From: a bacterium
GTDB taxonomy: Bacteria > SAR324 > NAC60-12
NCBI GenBank assembly: GCA_965205865.1
Contig: CBDBHR010000030.1
Location: 96,001 to 160,000, forward strand
Direction: 5' to 3'
DNA: 64,000 nucleotides
How positions within the stretch are numbered: the stretch's first letter is position 1; each line of letters begins with the position of its first letter. The notes beneath the pieces were generated by a model that worked only from the letters and a program-made list of their open reading frames with translations, had not been told where the DNA came from and searched no databases. A program made the translations under genes and the position numbers. Positions 38,271 through 48,827 of the stretch are shown one piece after another.

Positions 38271-39854
38271 ATGAAAAAAATAATTTATTTTTCAGTGCTG
38301 CTCATTTTTGTACTGGTTGGCAAGGGAGTTTATCCCTATCAGGAAGGAAAAACTTATAAGCTAACACTTTTGCATACCAATGATCATCACGGCAGATTTT
38401 GGAAAAATCAAAACAATGAATATGGCTTGGCGGCACGAAAGACACTGATTGATCGTATCCGAAAAGAAGTCATTAGGGCTGATGGTTATGTGCTGCTTTT
38501 ATCAGGAGGAGATATCAACACGGGGGTTCCGGAGTCGGATTTGCAAGATGCCGAACCTGATTTCAAAGGGATGCGAATGCTCAGATATGACGCCATGGCC
38601 GTGGGCAATCACGAATTTGACAACCCCCTGGATGTGTTGCGTCAGCAAGAAAAGTGGGCCGCATTCCCTTTTTTGTCTGCCAATATTTTTCAAGAAGGAA
38701 CCGAGAATACTCTTTTTCGGAGCCATGTTACCTATTCTTATGATGGCATGAAAATAACCATTGTTGGATTCACAACAGAAGATACGCGAATTATAGGGAA
38801 TCCCGAATTTATAGGTGGTATTGAGTTTCGTTCACCGCTGGAAGTGGCGCAAACCCTGATCCCCAAACTGCGAAAGCAAACCAATATCCTGATTGCGGTG
38901 ACACATTTGGGACATTACCAAAATGCGAAATATGGTAGCAATGCTCCTGGCGACGTCACACTTGCCAGGTCTGTCGACGGCATCGATATCATTGTCGGGG
39001 GTCATTCTCAAAATCCCCTCTTTGAACCAGACATCCAAAATGGAACGATAATCGTGCAAGCTCATGAATGGGGAAAGTACGTGGGAAGGATGGATCTGAC
39101 ATTCCTTGACGACCAATTGACGATGAAAAGTTTCCGCTTGATTCCAGTGAATTTAACCAAGCAAGTCAAAGATGAGAAAACCGGGGAAGACAGGCGGGTT
39201 TTTCAGGAACAAGAAATTCCGGAAAATGAAGAAATGCTGACTTTCCTGAAGCCCTTTCAGGAAATCGGGAATAAAGAATTGGAACGTGTCGTAGGCCAGA
39301 GCAATGGCGTATTTGTAGGAGAAAGAACGATTGTGCGAAACAATGAAACCAATCTGGGAAATTTAATCGCCATTGCTCAAATGGAAAAAACAAATGCGGA
39401 TCTGGCAGTGATGAACTCAGGCGGGATCCGGGAAAATCTTCCTGCAGGGGACATCACCTATAAGGATGTATTGATTGCGCAGCCTTTTGCCAATACGATC
39501 TGCACAGTCACTTTTAATGGTGATGAATTGAAAGACTATCTCCAAGCGGTTGTCAACAAAAAGAAAGGCTCCGGTGCCTTTGCGCAGTTCACCAATGTGG
39601 AGTTACGTATGAATGGAGAGACCCTGATTAGCGCAATTGTGGCAGGAGAACCGGTGTCGGCCGATAAAACATACAAACTGGCGATCAACAGCTTCATTGC
39701 TGCTGGTGGTGATGGGTATCCGGTAGTAAAAGCACATCCCGATTTTGTCGACACTGGCTATGTGGATGCGGATTTATTACGAGAGTACATTGTAAAAAAT
39801 TCTCCTTTGCAAGTCGAAGCTTTTGCTCCCACCCATGATGTGATTCAGGAATGA
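38271..39854 (+). CDS. ushA: 5'-nucleotidase/UDP-sugar hydrolase
   Basis: LHTNDHHG, GGDINTGVPESD, GNHEFD, GGHSQ, NSGGIR; signal peptide. Confidence 0.93.
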   Translation: MKKIIYFSVLLIFVLVGKGVYPYQEGKTYKLTLLHTNDHHGRFWKNQNNEYGLAARKTLIDRIRKEVIRADGYVLLLSGGDINTGVPESDLQDAEPDFKGMRMLRYDAMAVGNHEFDNPLDVLRQQEKWAAFPFLSANIFQEGTENTLFRSHVTYSYDGMKITIVGFTTEDTRIIGNPEFIGGIEFRSPLEVAQTLIPKLRKQTNILIAVTHLGHYQNAKYGSNAPGDVTLARSVDGIDIIVGGHSQNPLFEPDIQNGTIIVQAHEWGKYVGRMDLTFLDDQLTMKSFRLIPVNLTKQVKDEKTGEDRRVFQEQEIPENEEMLTFLKPFQEIGNKELERVVGQSNGVFVGERTIVRNNETNLGNLIAIAQMEKTNADLAVMNSGGIRENLPAGDITYKDVLIAQPFANTICTVTFNGDELKDYLQAVVNKKKGSGAFAQFTNVELRMNGETLISAIVAGEPVSADKTYKLAINSFIAAGGDGYPVVKAHPDFVDTGYVDADLLREYIVKNSPLQVEAFAPTHDVIQE

Positions 39855-39930
39855 GATTCCACAGTCATGAAAACCCTATGAATTTGGAGTGGCCACTCCG
39901 GGCCACTTCTTCCCACTCGAAAAATCCTTC

Positions 39931-41016
39931 ATGCTTTTATCGACCCGTGAAGAATCCCGCGATCTGATTCCAGTCCTTGGTCAGGTACGAAATCTGGTTT
40001 TTGATCTCAACAGCTTGCCGGCGATTCGTTCGAAAGAGGAACTGGAATCCCTCAAGCAAATTTTCCTGGTATTGATTGAACGAGATTTCCATTTGACTGT
40101 CGTTTGGGAGGAATCCGATTATCCTGTGGAGTGGAGAAATCACAATGAATTGACAGTGATCCGTATTCCCCGTGATGACGCTATCTCGATATTCGAAAAT
40201 CCGATTCTTCTTTCCACAAAGTATTTCTGGATTACTGAAAATCCGGCCATTCAGCAACAACTGGCAGAACAGGATTGCTTATTTGCATATGGTAACCTCA
40301 CTGCTCAACAGATACCTGGCATCCATTATGAATATTTGAGGGATTTGCTGGAGCTTTTCAATCCAAGCCAGCATACCGCAAAGCTGTTGAGTGAAATGAT
40401 TGTCGACTTGAAATCCCCAGCCCCTCGACAACCATTGATTATAGGCATTGGTGGGCCAGATGAATGTGGGCATGCGTACTTCATTGAAGCACTGCTCGAG
40501 GCATTGGAAAAACAAGATATTCTGGTAGAAGGTCTGGATTTGACTGAATTGATTTCCACAGAGTTCCATACCCGGAAGTACTGGCGTTCTGATGAGATCG
40601 AGCAATGGATGATGAACGAGTGTCTACTTCCATTTTCAGAAGGACATCGTATTTTCATGGAAAACCCGCCCGAGTTTATGAAACCCTATGAAACCAATGT
40701 CTACCCCTTCTTTCTGGCCCCGGAAATGGTCCTGGTTGTTTGGGGTACCGCTCTATTTTTACCACGGCTCCAGCAAATCATGGATACTGGGATTTTATTG
40801 GAAGTGTCGCCGAAAGCAGCAACTGCCAGACTATTTGGCCTTGACGAACGGGAAAATTTTGATCCGGATTTCGTTCGTAAATATGAGAAGAATGACGGGC
40901 GCCTTTATGAGGATTATCTGCAAAAATATAAAGTAAGGGACTGGGTGGAGCAGCGGGTGGATTTTGATAATTTCCACGCATTCCAACTGAAAAGCCAGGG
41001 GGCTCAAAGGTTATGA
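39931..41016 (+). CDS. Hypothetical protein resembling a degenerate HAD + uridine kinase-like fusion
   Basis: LVFDLNS (HAD motif I-like) and IIGIGGPDECGHA (P-loop-like, no GKT). Confidence 0.6.
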   Translation: MLLSTREESRDLIPVLGQVRNLVFDLNSLPAIRSKEELESLKQIFLVLIERDFHLTVVWEESDYPVEWRNHNELTVIRIPRDDAISIFENPILLSTKYFWITENPAIQQQLAEQDCLFAYGNLTAQQIPGIHYEYLRDLLELFNPSQHTAKLLSEMIVDLKSPAPRQPLIIGIGGPDECGHAYFIEALLEALEKQDILVEGLDLTELISTEFHTRKYWRSDEIEQWMMNECLLPFSEGHRIFMENPPEFMKPYETNVYPFFLAPEMVLVVWGTALFLPRLQQIMDTGILLEVSPKAATARLFGLDERENFDPDFVRKYEKNDGRLYEDYLQKYKVRDWVEQRVDFDNFHAFQLKSQGAQRL

Positions 41017-41471
41017 AAACGGCGCATGTCCGCTTCCAGAATTTTTTCCTCTTCGGGGCTCAGTGGAAGGTCTTCCTGCAGTTCATTCTCTTGTTTTTTT
41101 GCCCACTGCCGGCTTTTATGAAATAAGAAAACAAGCCCAGCCGCCATTGCCAATCCCGGCAAGAACCACAGCAGCAAGTTAAAACCCTGCCTCGGTGGAC
41201 TGCGCAGAATCCATTCGCCATAACGTTCAACAAAATACGCGCGAATTTCGTCATCCGTGGCGCCGGATTGCAACATATCTTTGATTTTATTGCGAATCTG
41301 TACGGAAAAACCTGCTTCCGAATCCTTCACGGACAATCCCTGACAAGTGGGACATCGGAATTGATTGAACAAATCCTTGAGACGCGATTCCATTTCAGTC
41401 TCGGAAAGTGCTCCTGCCCCAGTGGCAAAGAGCATCAGAATTGCCGCCAGTAATGTGAAAAATCGAGTCAT
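41004..41471 (-). CDS. ccmH: Cytochrome c maturation protein CcmH/CycL
   Basis: RCPTCQG.S..DS, YFVERYGEWIL..PP, LLWFLP. Confidence 0.92.
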   Translation of the reverse strand: MTRFFTLLAAILMLFATGAGALSETEMESRLKDLFNQFRCPTCQGLSVKDSEAGFSVQIRNKIKDMLQSGATDDEIRAYFVERYGEWILRSPPRQGFNLLLWFLPGLAMAAGLVFLFHKSRQWAKKQENELQEDLPLSPEEEKILEADMRRFHNL

Positions 41472-41496
41472 GCGCTTACCAATGATTTGAAATAAT

Positions 41497-42051
41497 TCAA
41501 TTTTCCGGAGTGGACGATTCCAACAACGCCTGTACTTGTCGGGTCATTACTTCCTCGGTCACTCCTCCGACCTGTTTGTAGTGGACGATTCCCCGAGCGT
41601 CGATAAAAAATGTTTCCGGTACCCCATAGATGCCATAATCCAGCGCAATGCCGCCTTTCTCATCATCCAGGGCCAGAAAATATTGCTTGCCAAAGCGCTG
41701 GGCAAATGCCTGAGCCTGCAACAATTTGTCCTGAATGGCAATGCCCAGGACGTAAATCCGGTTTTGCTGTTTTTCGTAATGTTGATGATAGGCTTCCAGA
41801 ATGCCGGCCTCGGTTCGACATTCGAGGCACCAGGAAGCCCAAAAATTGAGCACCACCGGTTTTCCCTTGAGATCACTGAGCTGCAGGGAAGCGCTGCCAT
41901 CCATGGCTACCACTTTAAAATCAGGAGCAAGCTTTCCGATCAAGGGAGAAGGCACATGTTTGGGATTGGATGTCAATCCAAAAGCCAATAAGCCAATAAA
42001 ACCAAGGACTACCACAATCACGCACCAGAATTTCAGAGATTTCAATAGCAT
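41497..42051 (-). CDS. ccmG: Thiol:disulfide interchange protein CcmG/DsbE
   Basis: N-terminal TM, SPLIGK.AP, NFWASWCLEC, YGVPETF. Confidence 0.88.
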   Translation of the reverse strand: MLLKSLKFWCVIVVVLGFIGLLAFGLTSNPKHVPSPLIGKLAPDFKVVAMDGSASLQLSDLKGKPVVLNFWASWCLECRTEAGILEAYHQHYEKQQNRIYVLGIAIQDKLLQAQAFAQRFGKQYFLALDDEKGGIALDYGIYGVPETFFIDARGIVHYKQVGGVTEEVMTRQVQALLESSTPEN

Positions 42052-42075
42052 ACGGCAATACAGGAATCGATTAAT

Positions 42076-44073
42076 CTATACAGACCGGTTTGATTCGGAG
42101 ATATATTGAGTGCTGAGGGCGTCCTGCCGCACTTTCAGGGATTTGGGACGATACGTCATCGAAATAGCCACTCCCAATGTAAATAGCGGTAGAGACATCC
42201 AGGCCCACCCTACCAGCGGATTGATCCGTACTTTGAGCACTGCTATTTGCGTATCTGGGTCATCGCTGTGCACAACCAAGTACAAGTCTTCCCAAAAGCT
42301 ACGCCGGATGGCCACTTCCGTGAGGGGATCCGGTTGAGTCGGATAAAAGCTCTTTGCAGGTTTCATGACTTTCAGCAATTGGCCGTTTCGATAAACTTCA
42401 ATTACGGCTGCCCGATGGGTGGCATTGCGGACTTGGAATTCTTCCATCCCCCGGAAAACGAGTTGGTAACCTCCTACAGTTTCGGATCGATTCAATTCCA
42501 TTGAGATATCTTTTTCAATGTCATAAAAACGGCCGGCAAATCCGATGAACATCAACACCACTCCAAGATGGATTGTCAAACCTCCGTAACGCCGGGAGTT
42601 GCGCATGATGACATAAAAAAAAGCGGTCCCAATATTTACTGATAACTGCCGGGCTTTGAGTTGGGTGGCTTTGTACAATTCAAACACAATGGTCATTGTA
42701 ACAAAAAGTGCAATCCAAATAATCAAGAACGCCTGCCATTCCCGGGAGATCAGAAAGGCAAGCCCCAAAGTGCCAGCCGTGGCCAACAACATGGGAATCT
42801 GGAAGTTTTTCCGTAAACTCGCGAAGCTGGTTCGTCTCCAGGCAATCAAGGTGCCGATTCCCATCAAAAAGAACAATAGATAGCCCATTGGCGCGGTCAC
42901 AGTATTGAAGAAGGGCGCTTGAATAGAAAGTTTAGTTCCCCGGACGGCTTCTGCTAAAAGAGGAAACGTCGTACCCAATAGTACGGTAAAGGCAATTCCT
43001 ACAAAAAGGATGTTTTGAGCCAGGAAGGTGTTTTCTCGGCATAGCAAGGATTCGAGTCGGTGGTCTGATTCCAAAACACGTATGCGCTTGAAAAGTAAGA
43101 CCATGGCAATCAGCAGCACAAAAGCCAAAAATGCCAGGAAAAAAGGGCCGATCTCGGATTGAGTGAAGGAATGCACGGAGTTAACTACTCCGGAACGGGT
43201 GAGAAAAGTGCCCAGGATGCTCAAGCCGAAGGTTATGATGATCAGCACGACATTCCAGATTTTGAGCATATTCCGTTTTTCCTGTACCATCACTGAATGA
43301 AGAAAAGCGGTCCCTGTGAGCCATGGCATCAAAGCGGCATTTTCCACCGGATCCCATGCCCAATAGCCTCCCCAGCCCAATTCTTCATATGCCCATTGTC
43401 CACCTAAAATCAATCCCAGAGAGAGAAAGTACCAGGAAAACAAAGTCCATCGCCGGGTGGTGACAATCCATTCGTTGTCCAGTTTTCCCCGCATCAATCC
43501 TGCAATGGCAAAAGCAAAAGGTACGCTGAAACCAATATATCCCAAATACAAGGAGGGAGGATGGGCGATCATGGCCAAGTGTTGTAGTAGGGGATTCAAG
43601 CCCCGCCCTTCCAAAGGATTCGTCGCTTGCGGCGCAAAGGGATTGGACCACACGACCAAGAGTGCCAGCAAAAAGACCATGATGAAATTGAGGACGGCAA
43701 TGACATAGGGGATGATCTGACGGTTGGTATGCTGGTAACGGAAGGCCACTATCATGGCAAATCCACTTTGTACAAAGGCCCAGAGCAGCAAAGATCCATC
43801 CATCCCGCCCCAAAAGGCCGTGACCTTATAAAAAAGGGGCATGTCGGTGCTCGAATTCTCCCAGACATAACTTATTCGGAAATCACTGCTCACAAAGGCA
43901 TGGATCAGCGCAATGCTGGCTGCAGCCAGCAAGAAAAAATTGAAAATCGTTGCATATTGGGCGGAGCGTATCAAATTCCAGTTGTTATGCCGCACTCCGA
44001 AATATGGAACGATGCTGCCGTATAAAGCAACTGCCAATGCAACCATCATTGTCATGTAACCGATATCCGCCAT
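42076..44073 (-). CDS. ccmF: Heme lyase CcmF
   Basis: GLNPLLQ, HPP, WAYEELGWGGYWAWDPVEN, SVHSF. Confidence 0.96.
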   Translation of the reverse strand: MADIGYMTMMVALAVALYGSIVPYFGVRHNNWNLIRSAQYATIFNFFLLAAASIALIHAFVSSDFRISYVWENSSTDMPLFYKVTAFWGGMDGSLLLWAFVQSGFAMIVAFRYQHTNRQIIPYVIAVLNFIMVFLLALLVVWSNPFAPQATNPLEGRGLNPLLQHLAMIAHPPSLYLGYIGFSVPFAFAIAGLMRGKLDNEWIVTTRRWTLFSWYFLSLGLILGGQWAYEELGWGGYWAWDPVENAALMPWLTGTAFLHSVMVQEKRNMLKIWNVVLIIITFGLSILGTFLTRSGVVNSVHSFTQSEIGPFFLAFLAFVLLIAMVLLFKRIRVLESDHRLESLLCRENTFLAQNILFVGIAFTVLLGTTFPLLAEAVRGTKLSIQAPFFNTVTAPMGYLLFFLMGIGTLIAWRRTSFASLRKNFQIPMLLATAGTLGLAFLISREWQAFLIIWIALFVTMTIVFELYKATQLKARQLSVNIGTAFFYVIMRNSRRYGGLTIHLGVVLMFIGFAGRFYDIEKDISMELNRSETVGGYQLVFRGMEEFQVRNATHRAAVIEVYRNGQLLKVMKPAKSFYPTQPDPLTEVAIRRSFWEDLYLVVHSDDPDTQIAVLKVRINPLVGWAWMSLPLFTLGVAISMTYRPKSLKVRQDALSTQYISESNRSV

Positions 44074-44371
44074 ATCTATGAGACGTGATGAAGTTCAGTA
44101 AGGAAGTAGTATGCCTGATTAGTGCTTGAACTGAAACCCGCTCCCTCGATGTCAGCAAAGGGGAATATTGACAATATCCTCGTATTCCTGATTTTTCAAG
44201 AGAGGAAAGGGTTTTTGATCAGACACTGATTGGTTCCGGCATATGTTTTCGTCGAAAATCTAAAAATACTTCACTATCCGGGATTCCTCAAGTTATTTTG
44301 GCAAATTCTTCTCTTTTGCCAGATAGATTCCGGTACTGCGTAACTGAATAATTAAAGGAGTTGAACTTGTA

Positions 44372-44508
44372 TCGTATCATTCGATGAAAAAAGCACGATG
44401 GGCAGCGAACGAATCCCGATGAGGAAACCAACGATTGGAGATCCATGTGTGGGAGAATCGAACGCATGGTTCGGAGGACAGGGAGGCAAGAGCCTTCCTG
44501 TCCCCCAT
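44372..44508 (+). mobile_element. Group II intron 3' fragment (degenerate domains V and VI)
   Basis: GAGATCCATGTGTGGGAGAATCGAACGCATGGTTC followed by GGAGGACAGGGAGGCAAGAGCCTTCCTGTCCCCCAT (44438-44508). Confidence 0.7.
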
Positions 44509-44607
44509 CAATAATAGAAAATCACAGGCTGCTGAATAAAAACAGTTTTTACTGAGACAGGCAGGGGGTGGTGGGTTTTATGTGAAACAAGTGGTGGAAA
44601 TGATTGA

Positions 44608-45396
44608 TCAGGGACGGCTGTTGGGTTTCAGGCTGATTTGCTGGGGCCGGGTGGAATGGGCGTTGACTCGGATGGGTGAATTGCCTTCATTGCGAATCAT
44701 GACCGCATCATTGATTTGAGGCGTTTTTAACGTTGCATATCGAATTCCCTGCATTTGAATATCTTGGTCATTGCCATTGTGTCGAACCAAAATGCGGACG
44801 GGCTGGGAAGAACTCATGCGGAAAAGGATCGACTTTTGATCGCTTTTATTGATGACGAACTCTGCCACTTGTCCAGGGGGAATCGTTTGTTCATGGTTCC
44901 ATTGCACTTGCTCTTGTGCTTGATTGAAGGAAATTTCGGCAATGGAGAATCGTTGCGATGAATCTTGTTGGGAAAGAAATAAGGGACCGAGTAGAAAGAA
45001 AATTATAAAACTTCCCAGAACCCCAATTGCCACCGGAAAGAGACGACTTTGCATGAGGGGTTTGAGAAAATAGATTTTATTGACAAGCCATCTCCGGGAG
45101 GAGACCAGGTAGGGTAGTGGTTCTCTTTCAGCAATCGCTTTCATGACTCCGGCATTGAAATGATTATCCAGTGTGTGGGAATCGAGGGATTGATGACAAG
45201 CACTAAGATCCAACTCAATGGCAGCCATTTCCTCCAATTGAGATTGACAATCCGGACAAGCAGTCGTGTGATGGTGGATCTGCCAGGTTTCTTTTTTACT
45301 GAGATCACCGTCCAAATGGCGGCTCATGAGGAATAATGCATCTTCGCAAGGGATAGTTTTTTGACGATTCATAAGAAATTGATTGGCGTTTTTCAA
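44608..45396 (-). CDS. Zinc-binding transmembrane anti-sigma factor
   Basis: C...MSRHLDGDL...HxxxCxxC (HTTACPDC), single TM, downstream of the ECF sigma; start uncertain. Confidence 0.82.
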   Translation of the reverse strand: MKNANQFLMNRQKTIPCEDALFLMSRHLDGDLSKKETWQIHHHTTACPDCQSQLEEMAAIELDLSACHQSLDSHTLDNHFNAGVMKAIAEREPLPYLVSSRRWLVNKIYFLKPLMQSRLFPVAIGVLGSFIIFFLLGPLFLSQQDSSQRFSIAEISFNQAQEQVQWNHEQTIPPGQVAEFVINKSDQKSILFRMSSSQPVRILVRHNGNDQDIQMQGIRYATLKTPQINDAVMIRNEGNSPIRVNAHSTRPQQISLKPNSRP

Positions 45397-45451
45397 AATG
45401 ATCTTTGTTTGACAGGAGGGTCTCTGTTGCCAATTTGATCATTCTCAATGT

Positions 45452-46063
45452 TTAAGTACCATGTTTTTTAGAAATGTTCATTTTTTTCTTATTGAGTGAC
45501 TTTCGGAGTATCATCCTCGCGCGAAACAATTTGCTTTTCACGGTTCCGACAGGAATATCCTGCATATTTGCTACCTCGTCGTAAGACAATCCTTCCATGG
45601 AAACCGCGACCAGAACCTCTTTCAGATCCGGGTCAAGTTGATCTATCGCTTTTTTTAAAAGGGAAAGCCGCTGTTTTTTTTCGGCGTATTCCAAGGGAGT
45701 GTCTTCTGTGGATTGATAGTTTTCCAACATCTGGTCCGAAACCATCTTGGAACGCCGTTTTCCAGCTCGGTTGATGTCATTGATGACTTTATTGCGCGCG
45801 ATCCCCAACAGCCACGTCAAAAACTTGGCGTTGCCCTGAAAGGTTTCCAGATTTTGAAAGGCGGCGATGAATGTTTCCTGCGCCAGATCTTCTGCTTGGA
45901 CCGGATCATCGATGAACTTGAGAAGAAAGCGAAACACCTGATTCCGATAGCGAGTGACCAGAATATCAAACTGATGGCGATCGCCCTTTAAAATGTCCTC
46001 GATCAGTGTCTGCTCTCCTGGCACCAGCGCCGATTTTTGCTGGGACTTTAAAGTAATGAGCAT
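45452..46063 (-). CDS. ECF RNA polymerase sigma factor (RpoE-like); start may be further upstream (46150)
   Basis: AEDLAQETF, F.TWL..IARN, EGLSY.EVA....P.GTVKS.LFRAR. Confidence 0.92.
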   Translation of the reverse strand: MLITLKSQQKSALVPGEQTLIEDILKGDRHQFDILVTRYRNQVFRFLLKFIDDPVQAEDLAQETFIAAFQNLETFQGNAKFLTWLLGIARNKVINDINRAGKRRSKMVSDQMLENYQSTEDTPLEYAEKKQRLSLLKKAIDQLDPDLKEVLVAVSMEGLSYDEVANMQDIPVGTVKSKLFRARMILRKSLNKKKMNISKKHGT

Positions 46064-46254
46064 ACAGACAACGGATGAGGAAATTGGTTTATTGTAAAAG
46101 ACTGTTTTCGAGTCCACGGTAGGATAGCTGTCAAATGCCATTTTGTCCATAATTTCTTTGTGGGAGAGGCATTGATTCCCGTGGGAAGTGAGCAAATTAA
46201 ACAGGCTTGATCCGATTACGAATCTCTCGGTTTTCATTAACGAACCAAGAAGCG

Positions 46255-48827
46255 TTATTTATCATTCAACGTACTCTTCAGGGCATCTGTAAATTCTTTT
46301 TCGTTCTCGGAATTATAGAATGGCATGCCGATCAAACGGAACTCCTTTTCTCCAAGAGTCAGCAGCTTGCAGTTAAACTCGGCAGTGATTTCTTTCAAGA
46401 AGGTTTCCTTCCACCGGTCATGTTCTTTCAGATGTTTGCCTTTGGGTTCAATGAAAAGTTGAAAAATAGAAAACTCGCCATCCTTCCGGCGCAGAAACAG
46501 GACAAAATCCGGTTGAAAGGCTTGCCCATCGTAAAAGTTGTAGATCGTGAAATGCCTCTCGTTGCGAATCAGATAGATTTCGTCGTACTCTTCCCGCATT
46601 TGTTGCATTTGCCTGTCCAGCATTCTCACAAAGGCCTTTTCTTCGCTGGTTCCGTAAACCGTGTTGAATGCAAACCAGTCTTTCTCTGAGACGAAATGCT
46701 TGAACTGCGCATCGTCCGCGGCGTGAGGGTTGTTGGCGTCGAACTTGAGGAGCTTGTCCTTGAAGACTGCCTTTACCCAGTGACGCTGAAAATCATTCGT
46801 CCCCTCGTATTCTGTAATTTGCTGGCGGATTTCGCTCTCGATTCGACTCAATAATCCCGTCAAGGCAGCAAATTTTTCGCGCGGTTCTTCTGCCAGGCGA
46901 TAGACATTACCCTGGAAGGTGATTTCAACCCACCCAGATAATCTTTGGAGACAATGAATTCGCGCATGGACTTCAGATTGGGAAAGTAGCGTTTGAGAGA
47001 CGCGAACGTAAAGAACGGATTGCGGGCAAGGGCAGTTTGCACGACGTTGCGCTCGACGTCTGCCACTTTCATATCATGGCGGTTTTCGTCTTTCACTACC
47101 ACGTTTTTGTCTTCGCTCTCGAGCACGGCCGTTGCCCCACCGTGACCTGTGGCGATGGTGTGGACATAGTTTCTGCGCGTCACGCCAAGATCCTGAAAAG
47201 ATCGGATACCATCGTAATTTTTCGCACGGCGATTGTTGCACCAGATCACGCCAGTTTTGTAGAAATCGCTTTGTTTGAACGGTTCTTTGAGTTTGAGTTC
47301 ACGAATCACTTCCCGTTCATCCATTACTCCTTCTTTTATCAGTGCTGCGCGAATTTCGGAAATGTAGTGTGAATCGTTGATACTGTGATAATGCAACTCT
47401 TCGATGACACGCATTTCGTTTTGCAGGTCTCCATCGAATTTACGGCGGAAACGGTCGTCACTCGCGCGCAAAACAAAGGGAAAATAACGCGCGCCACGCC
47501 CGATGAGTTGCGCTTCGGAGATCGTCGTCTTGCCAATTTTATTCTTCCCTGAATCCCGACCCTCGTAACAGCGTACGATATCGAACAGGTTCAGCACGTC
47601 CCAGCCTTCATTGAGTTTCTGCACGGCGAAAACGGCGCGGATGCGGTTGTCCCGGTCTTCAAGGGTATTGACCAGAATCTGGTGGTTTTCCTTCTCCTTT
47701 TCTTCGTTGACCGAGAGGCAATGGTCTTCCCGAAATTCCCGTTTCACACGCTCCACCAACTGCGCGTCGCCGATATGGTTGTCGTCAAAGAATTGAAACG
47801 CCCTCTGCACCAATGGGATGTCCGACTTGCGGATGTGAGCAACGTCTTCCGTGCTCAGCTCATCAACAAGGCGATGAAAATTGGCTTTGTTCTCTTTGGA
47901 TTGGTCAATCGTGCGCTGGGCCTTGAACAAAATAACGGGTTTGAGGTTGGTCTGATATTTTGCCGCCACCTCCTGTTTGTACTGGCTGAGAAGCAAGGCT
48001 TGCAGAATACGCTTGTTCAGGTCGAAGTCCGATTGCACGATGACGACGTCTTTTGAAAAACCGTCGTTGCGGAATTGGAGCAAGTCATAGCGAATGATGA
48101 CCTTGTTCCGATATTTTTCCACCATCGCGGGTGTTTCGTAGTCGTGCGTTGCGGTGAATTCCAACAGGAGGTTGTCCTCGTTCTGTCCGAAAATACGCTC
48201 GACGGTGTCCTCCCAACTCCCAAACATTTCTTTTTGGGACTTGGTCGTTACGTTGATGTGATGGGCTTCGTCGGCAATCAGCGCGATGCGGCGCTTGCGG
48301 AAGTCTGCAAAAGTGATGGCGTTTTCCTTCTCGGTTTTCAGATCAGAGTGTAGTTTTTGAATCGTTGTGAAACAGATGTTGATGTCGTCCTTGTTGACGC
48401 CTTCAAAGTGATCGACGGGCGAAATGCTAACACGGTGGTTATCGATGTGAATCTCTCGATGGAACAGGTATTTGATGCTGGCGGGGTTGAAAAAGTTTTC
48501 CTTTGTCTTTTCAATGATGTTGGTGGAATTGACGAAGAAGAGAAAATTGCGATAACCCTTTGCGTACAGGTAGAGAATCAACCCGGCCATAATCAGGGTC
48601 TTGCCGCTGCCGGTCGCCATGTTGAAGAGAAAATGCAGTGGCGACTCCTTACCCGGAAAGTCCTTTTCGAGACAATGAAAGAAGCGGGTAAAGGCGTCTT
48701 TCTGATAGGGGCGCAGTTCGAACTTGGGGTTCAGATTGTCAGTGAGATAGTTGGGAATTATTGTTTTTAATCCGCCGAATTTAGAAAAGGAATCTAGTTC
48801 TTCGAATAAAAACTTATCGGCCATCAC
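46255..48827 (-). pseudogene. res: Type III restriction endonuclease Res, split by a 1-bp frameshift at ~46927
   Basis: MATGSGKT, IADEAHH, TAT, EGWDV, QLIGRGAR; nuclease motif FQPDF...FIEPKG lies in the downstream ORF; adding one base gives ...YLGGLEITFQG...AALTGLL. Confidence 0.88.

Noticed and set aside
18097-44508. One split or trans-splicing group II intron from the two fragments
   Set aside because: 26 kb of unrelated genes intervene, domain V looks catalytically mutated, and there is no RT and no evidence the fragments share an origin
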